A stretch of 64,000 nt of DNA, from the NCBI GenBank assembly GCA_013288905.1, contig JABDAW010000001.1:7723-71722 (forward strand), in the 5' to 3' direction. Source of the DNA: Bacteroidota bacterium. GTDB lineage: Bacteria; Bacteroidota; Bacteroidia; AKYH767-A; JABDAW01. Of this stretch, positions 19,020 to 27,950 are shown piece by piece (the stretch's first letter is position 1; each line of letters starts with the position of its first letter). The position numbers were made by a program, and so were the translations under genes. The notes beneath the pieces were generated by a model that saw only the letters and a program-made list of their open reading frames with translations, was not told the DNA's origin and did not search any database.

Positions 19020-19045
19020 CATCTCAAATCAAGAAAGAATTCCCA

Positions 19046-19174
19046 ATGAAAAGACTCCTTATTATAGTAACGTTTTCCCTCCTCACCCTTAACGGCTATT
19101 GCCAAATGGGGGAATGGACTTGGATGAATGGGGCTGAAAAGATTGGAGGAGTTTTTGTAGAAAGGATAAAATAA
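19046..19174 (+). pseudogene. 42-codon stub: signal peptide plus the first residues of a kelch/beta-propeller-type secreted protein.
   Basis: MKRLLIIVTFSLLTLNGYCQMGEWTWMNGAEKIGGVFVERIK*. The (Q)..WTWM.G......GV(Y/F) opening is typical of Bacteroidota kelch-repeat T9SS proteins, which are hundreds of aa long. Here a stop follows at codon 43. Confidence 0.4.
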
Positions 19175-19199
19175 AATACATAATGTATCGTACAATTAT

Positions 19200-19207
19200 T
19201 AGATTTG
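19200..19207 (+). promoter_or_regulatory. Candidate -7 box TAGATTTG.
   Basis: Exact TAnnTTTG, 8 bp before the ATG at 19215. This implies a leaderless mRNA or use of Met12 at 19248. Confidence 0.35.
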
Positions 19208-19214
19208 CCGCCGA

Positions 19215-19922
19215 ATGAACAAAGAAAATCATCTTTTGACAGAAGTAATGTGTGCTTTTTGGTTTGACCAAAATCAAAATTCATGGGACAGTACTTATTT
19301 TGGTAAGTTTTTTGAGTTGATGGAATCAGAAGGGTATAATGAAAAAGAAGAACAAAAAAACTTCCAGATTCAATTTGAATTAAAAGGCAATGACCTTCAA
19401 AATCCAGGAGCCAAATCTGATGAACTACCTCCAAGAATGGTCTTTAGAAACAAAGAAGAAAATTATGCAATAATTTTAACAGCTAATTTTATTTCATTTC
19501 ATAAGTTGACACCTTATGAGAGTTGGGAAAAGATGTTAGAGGAGCAAATTATTCCAGGCTTGGAAAAATATTTTTCCATGGGATTGGGTAAAGGTTTATT
19601 GCAAGTTCAAATGCTTTATTTGAATAATTATACATTTCCAAATGATACAAATTTTTCTGACCATTTCCACTTTTTGCCATTGATGGATAAGCTTGAAATC
19701 GGAACAGAAAAAAGTATTAATTTTATTAGTCAATATGAATTAGAATCAAATTTACTTTCCCAAATCAGACTTCATACACTTCCCAATAACAATGAAAATA
19801 AAGGAGTCTTTTTGGAATGCAGTTGCCTTGCATTTAATAAAACTCAATCGGAAGATTGGAAAACTCTTGCCCAACAAGCTCATGATACAAACAATAAAAT
19901 TTTTAAAATAATAACCAAATAA
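19215..19922 (+). CDS. Hypothetical protein, resembles the TIGR04255 family. First gene of a coupled three-gene operon.
   Basis: 235 aa. The opening L.EV.CAFWF and the overall size recall TIGR04255 proteins, a recollection that has not been searched. Its stop TAA abuts the next ATG (taaATG at 19920-19925). Confidence 0.45.
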   Translation: MNKENHLLTEVMCAFWFDQNQNSWDSTYFGKFFELMESEGYNEKEEQKNFQIQFELKGNDLQNPGAKSDELPPRMVFRNKEENYAIILTANFISFHKLTPYESWEKMLEEQIIPGLEKYFSMGLGKGLLQVQMLYLNNYTFPNDTNFSDHFHFLPLMDKLEIGTEKSINFISQYELESNLLSQIRLHTLPNNNENKGVFLECSCLAFNKTQSEDWKTLAQQAHDTNNKIFKIITK

Positions 19923-20273
19923 ATGATCATGTCTAAACAACTTAGTATTTCAGAATCTGCCGATAAAATCTTCTTTGCTCGGTCTATAACAGAACATTCT
20001 ATAAGTTATAAAATTGAGAGTTCAAATTATTGTAATGCGATCGCATATTCGGTTACAGATGTTCCTAACACGCCGATTTATGGAGCATCACCGCTATGTT
20101 CTCTTGCTTATCAAATAACTTTTAATAAAATTCAAAACCAATTTAATGTTATAGGTTTAGCAACTATGATGTTCAAAGGTTCAAAGCCAATGAGAGGCAG
20201 AGAACTTGAAATATTAAATAAGACTTATAAAAGGTTATTATCTCCTACCCCAACAACTTTTATTAAAAAGTAA
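19923..20273 (+). CDS. Hypothetical protein (116 aa), second gene of the operon.
   Basis: The ATG immediately follows the upstream stop, and its own stop abuts the next ATG (taaATG at 20271-20276). Confidence 0.45.
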   Translation: MIMSKQLSISESADKIFFARSITEHSISYKIESSNYCNAIAYSVTDVPNTPIYGASPLCSLAYQITFNKIQNQFNVIGLATMMFKGSKPMRGRELEILNKTYKRLLSPTPTTFIKK

Positions 20274-20933
20274 ATGCCCTTTGGTGATGAAGATTGGGAA
20301 GCTACCTTGCCCAGCTATTTATTTAATACTGAAAAAGGAAGAATTAAAATTGGGCTTTCTCAATTCTTTGAAGCAAATCATCATCAGAGAGAAAAAATAT
20401 ATTCTAACTTTTATTTAGGAGAAAATACCATCTTGTTTTTTATGCAAGGAGATATTTTTAATTCTATTCCTGCCATTGAATGGGATGATGATAATAGTTG
20501 TTATTATACAGCATTTACACCTGCAATGCTTGTTTCTAATTCATGTGATATTTCTCCTGATAATAATCGCCAACTTCCTAAAGAGGCTTTATTTGCTCCA
20601 GTCATTCCTTTGGGTGAATTTATTAAAGGATTAGAAGATGATGGAATGGTTAAGGAACAAATTACTTCTATTATTAATAACCTTAAACATCAAGACTATT
20701 CTAACATTTTTTATTTGCCTCCAAATCCTTTAGATAGTTCTGAAAATATTGTTTTACTGGACAAAGTTTATTGGCATCCGTCTTCAGAAATCCAGAAGAA
20801 ACTTGCGAATATAAAAAGTGAAAGAGGTATTTCTTTAGACCACTTTGGTTTTTATTTATTTATTGCGAAACTTTCATTTCATCTTTGTCGAGTTCCCGAA
20901 GAAATTGAAAGAAGATCAGACGTTAAACAATAA
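20274..20933 (+). CDS. Hypothetical protein (219 aa), third gene of the operon.
   Basis: Translationally coupled start. It contains QGDIF....AMLVSNSCDI, a beta-barrel-like motif seen in some toxin/effector N-domains (inference only). Confidence 0.5.
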   Translation: MPFGDEDWEATLPSYLFNTEKGRIKIGLSQFFEANHHQREKIYSNFYLGENTILFFMQGDIFNSIPAIEWDDDNSCYYTAFTPAMLVSNSCDISPDNNRQLPKEALFAPVIPLGEFIKGLEDDGMVKEQITSIINNLKHQDYSNIFYLPPNPLDSSENIVLLDKVYWHPSSEIQKKLANIKSERGISLDHFGFYLFIAKLSFHLCRVPEEIERRSDVKQ

Positions 20934-21026
20934 TCTAATAGAATCTTCAACCATTTGGGGCAAAAACTTTTTGAATCCACCAAACCATCCAATCAATGGA
21001 ATGGCAAGATAAATAACACTGACGGA

Positions 21027-21120
21027 GAAGCCCCAGATGGCACCTATTATTATCTCCTCACCCTCAACGACCTCACCGGAAAGCCCTATTCCTACAAAGG
21101 CTTCCTCGCCCTGATAAGAT
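21027..21120. repeat. Left copy of a ~94-bp direct repeat bracketing the PIN toxin-antitoxin cassette.
   Basis: gaagcccc...attatctcctcaccctcaacgacctcaccggaaagccctattcctacaaaggcttcctc(g/a)ccctgataagat. The core is almost identical to 21833-21926. Confidence 0.9.
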
Positions 21121-21138
21121 GATTCCATAAAGTTTCGC

Positions 21139-21146
21139 TAATTTTG
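21139..21146 (+). promoter_or_regulatory. Candidate -7 box TAATTTTG.
   Basis: Exact TAnnTTTG. It overlaps the TTG start used by the ORF track, so the real start is more likely the ATG at 21162. Confidence 0.4.
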
Positions 21147-21161
21147 CAAAAAAATAAAGAC

Positions 21162-21368
21162 ATGCTAATAGAACGAACAGACAAAAATGAAATCACCATA
21201 AAGGTGTCCTCATCAGTTGATAGCTTTGGGCTGCAAAGGCTGATAGATTATGCAAAATACCTTGAATCAACCGCCAAAAGCAAAGCCAAACAATCAGACA
21301 TTGATAAACTTGCTGATGAAGTGAACTCCTCCTGGTGGACAAAAAACAAGAAACGTTTTGAGAAATAA
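21162..21368 (+). CDS. Putative antitoxin of the PIN module.
   Basis: 68 aa (MLIERTDKNEITIKV...SKAKQSDIDKLADEVNSSWWTKNKKRFEK). It ends 9 bp before the PIN ORF. The small acidic/basic two-part layout is typical of cognate antitoxins. Confidence 0.5.
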   Translation: MLIERTDKNEITIKVSSSVDSFGLQRLIDYAKYLESTAKSKAKQSDIDKLADEVNSSWWTKNKKRFEK

Positions 21369-21377
21369 GCTGCTCTT

Positions 21378-21833
21378 ATGAAGCCAGCCAAAATCATTGT
21401 TGATGCCAACATTGTATTCAGTGGAATCCTTAATTCCAATGGAAAGATTGGTGACCTTCTGATTAATTCAAAAGAGTATTTCAACTTCATTGCTCCTGAT
21501 TTTTTACGAATAGAAATTAAGAAACAGTATCCTAAACTAATTAAGATTTCAGGCATGTCTTTAGAACAAATTCAGGAAGCGGAATTTCATATTTCAAAAG
21601 ACTTAACTTTTATTTCTGAAGAACAAATCAGCAAAACCATTTGGCATAATGCAATTGAATTAGTTAAAGATATTGATCCCAAAGACGCTACTTATTTAGC
21701 CTATTAAAAACATTTCAAATGTAAAATATGGTCAGGCGATAAGCAGTTAATCAAAGGGCTTTCAAAGAAAGGCATTACTAATTTTATTACTACAGAAGAA
21801 CTCTTTCAACTAAGAAAAATTAAAAATAAATAG
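21378..21833 (+). pseudogene. PIN-domain toxin interrupted by an in-frame TAA at 21705-21707.
   Basis: IIVDANIVFSGIL (first acidic residue), then DIDPKDATYLAY*KHFKCKIWSGDKQLIKGL. The same frame continues to the TAG at 21831-21833, and the conserved C-terminal (T/S)GD motif lies after the stop. Confidence 0.6.
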
Positions 21834-21926
21834 AAGCCCCTACAGCACCTGTCATTATCTCCTCACCCTCAACGACCTCACCGGAAAGCCCTATTCCTAC
21901 AAAGGCTTCCTCACCCTGATAAGATA
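21833..21926. repeat. Right copy of the ~94-bp direct repeat.
   Basis: It starts at the last base (G, 21833) of the TAG that ends the full-length PIN frame. See 21027-21120. Confidence 0.9.
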
Positions 21927-21953
21927 ATTTGTAATGAGCAATTGGCAACCCTC

Positions 21954-21995
21954 ACAATGTCAATTGTCCATTGTCAATTATACATTGTCAATTGA
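21954..21995. repeat. Heptamer micro-array (acaatgt caattgt ccattgt caattat acattgt caattga).
   Basis: Six 7-bp units ending 1 bp before the stop codon (21997-21999) of the 1546-aa gene. Same family and orientation as 18401-18443. Confidence 0.85.
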
Positions 21996-21996
21996 C

Positions 21997-24900
21997 TTAC
22001 TTATCATCCTTTTCAGGCTTCTCGGTATCATCTTTCTTCTCCGGCTTCTCTTCAGTCTTCTCCGGTTCATCGTTTTCATCACCGGCTTTCTTGAGGAAAT
22101 TATTCTTTTGTCTTTCGGTAGAAAGCATGAACTGGAATGGAGCTTTATTCTCTCCGGTAGGCTTGAAGATACGCTTGTCCGGCTTGAGGTCGCGAATATA
22201 TTTGTTGAAAGCATCATTAGAAGAAATCGCTTGAAGAATACCACGTTGGTAGCTGAAGAAATACCAATTAGCACCATCCAATTCAAGATAGATATTCAAA
22301 ACATCACCTCCTCTTTTCTTCACCACTTCAACAGTCCCTTTCAGCGAACGATTGATTTGATTCTTGTAAATATTTCCAAGACTAAGGTCGCCACTGCTAC
22401 GGAAGGCGCGGAATTCAGGCTTATAAGTCATATTTAATTGTGTAAAGAAAAAAGGTTTATTCAACTCCGGCGGAAATTTTTTATAAGAACCATAGAGACT
22501 CATATCAGAGATCAGCTTCCCTGATTTATCCTTGCCAATCAACTCCGACAACCCTTGCTCAAATTCCTTGCGAGTATCCTTTGTAGCCTGCAAACCGGCA
22601 GTTGCACCTATCTGGTCAGTCATTTGTTTTAAGGCATCTTCATTGAAGAAGAAATCAAGAAGCATCAGCACATCCATACTCATCGCTCCATTATTCAGGT
22701 TGTAGGTAGCATTGCCCACAGTCTTCATATCCAATTGCCCGAAGTCCCCACCCAGGTTGACTTTCCCTTCTCCATAAAGAATACAAGTCTTGGTATTAAT
22801 ACTCAAATAATTGCCTGGCAAAGCATTGTTCTGAAGCTTCTCCATGTTCGATATTCGATACTCTCTCGATGTATTATCATAAACCAAAAAGCCGTTCGCA
22901 GTTACGATTTCATTATCGCTGGTACGTTCTTTAGGAGTCAGGAAAGCAGGATAAACCAATGTAGAATCCTTAGTATGAATGATGCCAGAAGTAATCTTGA
23001 CACCCTCCTCATTAATAGTTTCCTTATCAATCGGAATGGCGATGGATAGAGGGTTTATACTACTTTTGAATTTGAAATAAGAAGTCGTAAGAGCAGAACA
23101 ATTACCCAGGAATTTCAACTTAGCATATCCATTAAAATTAAGATTCTCAAGCGAAGCAGCAAGTTTGAAATCACCCTTGTATGCAAATGGTGGACCAAGA
23201 GTAAAGCTGGTATCAGTAATGGTTCCGGAGCCTACCGTCTGTCCGGTAGTATCCACGGAAATCTTATCAAGATGTATTCGCTGCTTAGATTTTGTAACAT
23301 CAACATAATTATAATCTCCGCTGCCTGAATAGTTTTTACGACTGGTAATTGAGAGGTCGGCATTGTAAATAGTATGATATTTGGTAACATTATTAGCAAC
23401 GATTCGTGAATTGGTAAATGGATCCATAGCAGCCTTCTTGCGAATTGTAACATTGCCGCTATCAGGAGTAATTGTAGCATCAGCCACCTTGATTCCAGCC
23501 ACCTCATGAGCATGAATGATATGATCTTTTGTACTGTATTCGGCAGTGGGTGCACGAAACCTCAGAGAATCCTGATTCGGATGCGTGGAAACAAATTCCG
23601 AACCAGCCAATTCCAGGTTGGTGGAATCGCGTGATGAAGCTGTTCCTGAACTGCTGAATTCCATCGTCTGTTTATCCATAAACCACTTGAATTTGTCTAT
23701 ATAACAGATGTATTGACAAACAGGAAATGCCTGTGGCTGCGTGCCAGAATTAGATTTAAACTCGCCATACTTTTTAATAAAGTCAACATCTGCCATTACA
23801 TTTTTAGAATCATAATCAAGTTTCGTGGTATCATCAGCAGATCGGATTCGAAAATCAGATGTATCGCAATGCACGGCATTCTGTTTGAAATGGAATAATT
23901 CGGAATTCATTTCAGCACCTGAGAATGCCATCAAACCACTACCGGTCAAGCCTTTTGGAGTGTTGATATAATTACCCATAAACTTGGAAAAGCCCTCATA
24001 CATATCAATCGGAACACCACGTGCATAGACATACTCAGCATCCTGGTATGGAGTATAATGAATATAAACATTAGTGGCTTTAACCTCAGGGAATTCAACT
24101 CCTTTATATAATTCCTTCTTCACAATCCATTCAAATGCGGTAGTATTTGTTGAATCTGGCAGGAAAGTAAAATCATGAGATTTGGCAATGGACGTCAGGT
24201 AATCCATTTCACCATCACCACGAAGCCCCTCATGGCTCAATTTAATATCATTGTGGTAAGTTGCCTTGCCACCATACATAGGAAAACCACTGATGGGAGT
24301 CGGTCGTACAAAGCCCAATGAATAATCTGGCATCAGCCGGATGGAATCCTTGAAATCAGGAAAGATATTGGCAGAAACAAAAGTGCCAAGGAAGTGTAAA
24401 CCTGCCTTTGAGAAGTTGTCCAAACTATCAATGGTAAAGGGAATCAAGTGGAAGTAAAAGTTGTCCTTTTTATAAACTCCTTTTTGAATTTCGGGGCGTT
24501 CATAAAAGACATAAGAATCCTTCTTACTATTGAAGATGGGGTATTCCGGAAAGTCTTTGACCCCGGACTTATTAGCAGGATTATCTATCATTAAATCACC
24601 AGTAATATTCTGCAATACACTCTTGACTTTAATATCAGGAATCTTGCCATTCTCATCGGCTGTATCGCCAGGCACTTTAAGACGTAGCGAATCAACATTC
24701 TTCAAATCAATTTTAAAATTATCATAATCGAAAGCAAACTCCTTACCATAGAAATCGAAACGCCCTGCCTTAACCAAGCCTGCGAACTTAAAGTCACGGT
24801 TCTTCAATACTTTAATCTCCTGATCTTTTGGATAGATATTTACATTCTGCGAATCACTGAGAAAGATTCTTTTCACACCATTAATATCTAATGAAAAATC

Positions 24901-26637
24901 CAGCAGACTAAGCTTCGCATTTGGTTTATTCAGAATGGTGGATTCAAATTGTATAACATCATAATCACTCTTTCCTTCACGAGCATTGATGTAATAAAAC
25001 AGCTTTTCCTTAAGCTCGATTTCATCAGTATTCATGTTATAAGATAGGAACCCCTTCGTTGAAAGATCAAGCAAATAGGAACGGATATTCTCTAAACTGA
25101 TCTTCATGTAATGAGCAAGGTCAGCACCAAGAAACTCACGGCTTTTCATTCGTTCAGAAAAATGTTTCATGGTATATAATGGATTCGTTTCAGATACTCC
25201 CTGAAGATTCCTGAATAGATAATCACGATAGAAATTATAAGACTCGAAATTAGCCTTGCTCTCACCACTTGCAGAGATCATCTTCATTTGAATTAAGGGA
25301 TCATCTATCTTCCAATACAAGGCATCAAAAAACATATTCAATCTATGATAAGAATCGTAATAAGGAGACTTCGACGGACCCTCATCATTCCTGATTAATG
25401 CAAGCTCTCTGTCCTTAGTGATATACTTGAATTCAAGACCTGGATGGTAGATTGAATCCTTCTCATAATATAAAGTTATTGCAGCACTCCCTGAAGTAAT
25501 TTTATCAGGCTTGATAGTAAAGTTTTGGGAGGCAGCCACAAATGTTTTCTTCTTATTATAATAAATAATAATCATGGCATCAAGTCCAGGAGAACCCGCA
25601 CCAAGAATTTTGTTTCCATGCATGGAGAAGCCGCCTACATAATCAATATCCTTGATGATTTGTGGAATTTCTATCCTCTTATAATAGGATTCAAAACGAG
25701 GATAGGTAGCATTCAATGGAGTTATGGCAGCCATGATTTTATCCGTATAAATACCAAGCAATGGCTTGGAGAAATAGAGCTTGTTATAAAAGATTACAGA
25801 ATCAGCCGTGAACTCATCTCCTTTGATTTTAATGATATAATTTTTTAATTCCGCATGTACAGTATCTTCACTTATTCCTGCGCGTTTCCAGTTCACAATT
25901 CCGCCCTTCCCATAGAACAATTCATTGGTTGGATAATAAGTTCCTTTAGTATTATAGATAAGGGAACTGTCACCCTTTGAATAGTCTTTCAGAGTCATTT
26001 CTCCAAAGACAATCTTAGGAATAGAATCAAAATCAAAGGTATAATTATTAGTACTGGAAACCCATTTTGTTGATAGCGAAGAATACAAAGTATTATGTAA
26101 AAACAAACCTACGCAGGTATTGATATAAGAAGCGAAATACCTATTGTTTCCCTGCAACAATTTATCCACTGAAGCCTGCCATCCATTAAAGCTTTCTTCG
26201 GATTGATTACTCTGAACAAAGCTTATCAAAGCATAAATATAATTCTTAAAATCAGGATAAGCTTTCATCCTTTTTTTAAGCATTGTATTTGCATTTTTAA
26301 TCACTGTTTCTATTTGTTTATCGGTCAGTCTTTTGCTGGATGCGGAGTATATAAATGTGAGGCTGTCGCCTTCCTTCATCCGCGCCACCATTGCTTCATT
26401 CGCCTGCTTATAAAACTTAGCTTCATCCTTCGGATTCATTGTTTGTGGCTTCCAGATTGCCCTGAACTCATTCATGATGGGTATACTTTCCAGCTTATTT
26501 CCTTCTTCCATGAAGTTCTGCATATCTGTAAGAAACAGCATCGGGTCTTTGCTGAAACTTGTTACTTTCACCTGTGCTTTTAACGAGAGGAAAAGCAACA
26601 CCATTATTGATAAAAAAAAGGTTTTCTTAAACATCAT
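21997..26637 (-). CDS. Very large secreted protein of unknown function (1546 aa) with an acidic/lysine-rich C-terminal tail.
   Basis: Signal peptide MMFKKTFFLSIMVLLFLSLKAQ. It is uninterrupted for 4.6 kb. The tail is ...DENDEPEKTEEKPEKKDDTEKPEKDDK. No family recognised. Confidence 0.7.
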   Translation of the reverse strand: MMFKKTFFLSIMVLLFLSLKAQVKVTSFSKDPMLFLTDMQNFMEEGNKLESIPIMNEFRAIWKPQTMNPKDEAKFYKQANEAMVARMKEGDSLTFIYSASSKRLTDKQIETVIKNANTMLKKRMKAYPDFKNYIYALISFVQSNQSEESFNGWQASVDKLLQGNNRYFASYINTCVGLFLHNTLYSSLSTKWVSSTNNYTFDFDSIPKIVFGEMTLKDYSKGDSSLIYNTKGTYYPTNELFYGKGGIVNWKRAGISEDTVHAELKNYIIKIKGDEFTADSVIFYNKLYFSKPLLGIYTDKIMAAITPLNATYPRFESYYKRIEIPQIIKDIDYVGGFSMHGNKILGAGSPGLDAMIIIYYNKKKTFVAASQNFTIKPDKITSGSAAITLYYEKDSIYHPGLEFKYITKDRELALIRNDEGPSKSPYYDSYHRLNMFFDALYWKIDDPLIQMKMISASGESKANFESYNFYRDYLFRNLQGVSETNPLYTMKHFSERMKSREFLGADLAHYMKISLENIRSYLLDLSTKGFLSYNMNTDEIELKEKLFYYINAREGKSDYDVIQFESTILNKPNAKLSLLDFSLDINGVKRIFLSDSQNVNIYPKDQEIKVLKNRDFKFAGLVKAGRFDFYGKEFAFDYDNFKIDLKNVDSLRLKVPGDTADENGKIPDIKVKSVLQNITGDLMIDNPANKSGVKDFPEYPIFNSKKDSYVFYERPEIQKGVYKKDNFYFHLIPFTIDSLDNFSKAGLHFLGTFVSANIFPDFKDSIRLMPDYSLGFVRPTPISGFPMYGGKATYHNDIKLSHEGLRGDGEMDYLTSIAKSHDFTFLPDSTNTTAFEWIVKKELYKGVEFPEVKATNVYIHYTPYQDAEYVYARGVPIDMYEGFSKFMGNYINTPKGLTGSGLMAFSGAEMNSELFHFKQNAVHCDTSDFRIRSADDTTKLDYDSKNVMADVDFIKKYGEFKSNSGTQPQAFPVCQYICYIDKFKWFMDKQTMEFSSSGTASSRDSTNLELAGSEFVSTHPNQDSLRFRAPTAEYSTKDHIIHAHEVAGIKVADATITPDSGNVTIRKKAAMDPFTNSRIVANNVTKYHTIYNADLSITSRKNYSGSGDYNYVDVTKSKQRIHLDKISVDTTGQTVGSGTITDTSFTLGPPFAYKGDFKLAASLENLNFNGYAKLKFLGNCSALTTSYFKFKSSINPLSIAIPIDKETINEEGVKITSGIIHTKDSTLVYPAFLTPKERTSDNEIVTANGFLVYDNTSREYRISNMEKLQNNALPGNYLSINTKTCILYGEGKVNLGGDFGQLDMKTVGNATYNLNNGAMSMDVLMLLDFFFNEDALKQMTDQIGATAGLQATKDTRKEFEQGLSELIGKDKSGKLISDMSLYGSYKKFPPELNKPFFFTQLNMTYKPEFRAFRSSGDLSLGNIYKNQINRSLKGTVEVVKKRGGDVLNIYLELDGANWYFFSYQRGILQAISSNDAFNKYIRDLKPDKRIFKPTGENKAPFQFMLSTERQKNNFLKKAGDENDEPEKTEEKPEKKDDTEKPEKDDK

Positions 26638-26767
26638 CTATTTATTTGGGTGAAGAAATTAATCTTATTTTACTTGACTGATTCAACGAAATGTCACGGC
26701 ATAAAATTACATCTTCCACAAGAATAAAAAAGAAAGTGCTTTTCCTTCAGATGCCCTTCTATTTATT

Positions 26768-26775
26768 TATCTTTG
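26768..26775 (+). promoter_or_regulatory. Candidate -7 box TATCTTTG.
   Basis: Exact TAnnTTTG, 38 bp upstream of the ATG at 26813. Confidence 0.4.
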
Positions 26776-26812
26776 CGACCTTATTAACAAACATTATTTT
26801 ATTCTTATAAAA

Positions 26813-27253
26813 ATGAAAAGAAGTATCTTGATTATTTCACTTGCCTTCATTGCCACTTTTGCTTCGGCACAAAAGTTGAACAGCAAAGACATACCCGCAG
26901 AGGTTTCCGGTGCCTTTGCCAAACTATTCCCTACCATCAAAGACCCTAAATGGGTAAAAGAAGGTATTAATTTTGAAGCTAATTTTGACTTTAATAAAGT
27001 CGAAACATCCGTAACCTTCGATACCTATGGAAATGCCCTGGAAACAGAATCAGAAATTAAGGTTTCTGAACTTCCGAAAATAGCAATTGATTATATGAAG
27101 AAGACGTATCCTGAAAAGAAAATAAAAGAAGCGTCAAAGATAATAGATAATAAAGGAACGATTACTTACGAAGCAGAAGGCAAAGGTATTGAAGTAATCT
27201 TTAATGCTAATGGAAACTTCCTGAAAGAAATTAAACAGGAAATTAAAGATTAG
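26813..27253 (+). CDS. PepSY-like (DUF2874-type) secreted protein.
   Basis: Signal peptide, then two copies of the pattern IP..V...F...YP......W.KE......YE... Confidence 0.55.
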   Translation: MKRSILIISLAFIATFASAQKLNSKDIPAEVSGAFAKLFPTIKDPKWVKEGINFEANFDFNKVETSVTFDTYGNALETESEIKVSELPKIAIDYMKKTYPEKKIKEASKIIDNKGTITYEAEGKGIEVIFNANGNFLKEIKQEIKD

Positions 27254-27344
27254 ATTCTTTATGTCAATTTTGGAATCTTCAAATAGACAGTTTTCGGAGT
27301 ATTAAAATATAGAATATGATTAACAGAATTATTTCAAAATATTT

Positions 27345-27758
27345 ATGATAAGTAAAGATTATATCGCAAAACAACCTGTCGAAAGACAAAAATTATTAAA
27401 GGAAATTCATGAAATAATTATTGCAAATGATAAAACAGTAACAGCCACTGTCGAGCCGATGATGGGTAAAGAAATGATAATGTATAAAGGAAAAGGAATG
27501 ATGAAATATGCATTGGCAAGCGTGAAGAACAGCATGACATTGCATGTATTGCCTATGTATGGTTCCGAAAAATTAATTAATAAATATAAGGCACTTTTGG
27601 TTAAGGCGAATTTTCAAAAGGGATGTATCAATTTCAATAATGAAGAGGAGATGCCCTTGGAAATAGTTAAGCAATTAATAATGGATTGTTCAGGTATAGA
27701 CCTCGTAAAAATAAGAGAAGAGTATTTGAAATCAAAGAAGGCTAAGGAAAAGAAATAA
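27345..27758 (+). CDS. DUF1801 (YdhG-like) domain protein.
   Basis: 137 aa. YIAKQPVERQKLLKEIHEIIIAN...MTLHVLPMYGS...FQKGCINF fits the DUF1801 pattern. Confidence 0.5.
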   Translation: MISKDYIAKQPVERQKLLKEIHEIIIANDKTVTATVEPMMGKEMIMYKGKGMMKYALASVKNSMTLHVLPMYGSEKLINKYKALLVKANFQKGCINFNNEEEMPLEIVKQLIMDCSGIDLVKIREEYLKSKKAKEKK

Positions 27759-27919
27759 AGGAATCTGCATCATGAAAGGTATCAGATCATTCCATACAAA
27801 ACTCGATAGTTTAATCTAAGAATATGGAAATTCAAAACAATTCTTTATTATGAAAGCAACAATTAAATTAATAGCCTGATTGATTATAATGAGGGTAGAA
27901 ACACTTAATGCCAAATAAC

Positions 27920-27927
27920 TAATTTTG
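27920..27927 (+). promoter_or_regulatory. Candidate -7 box TAATTTTG.
   Basis: Exact TAnnTTTG, 24 bp upstream of the ATG at 27951. Confidence 0.4.
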
Positions 27928-27950
27928 CCAACGTTTATAAAATCATTCAA

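Noticed and set aside
20916-21128. 70-aa minus-strand ORF (MESSYQGEEAFVGIGLSGEVVEGEE...IPLIGWFGGF).
   Set aside because: It might be a real small membrane protein, but its 5' third is the ~94-bp direct repeat, and it overlaps the end of the convergent 219-aa gene. I left it uncalled and discuss it under the repeat finding.
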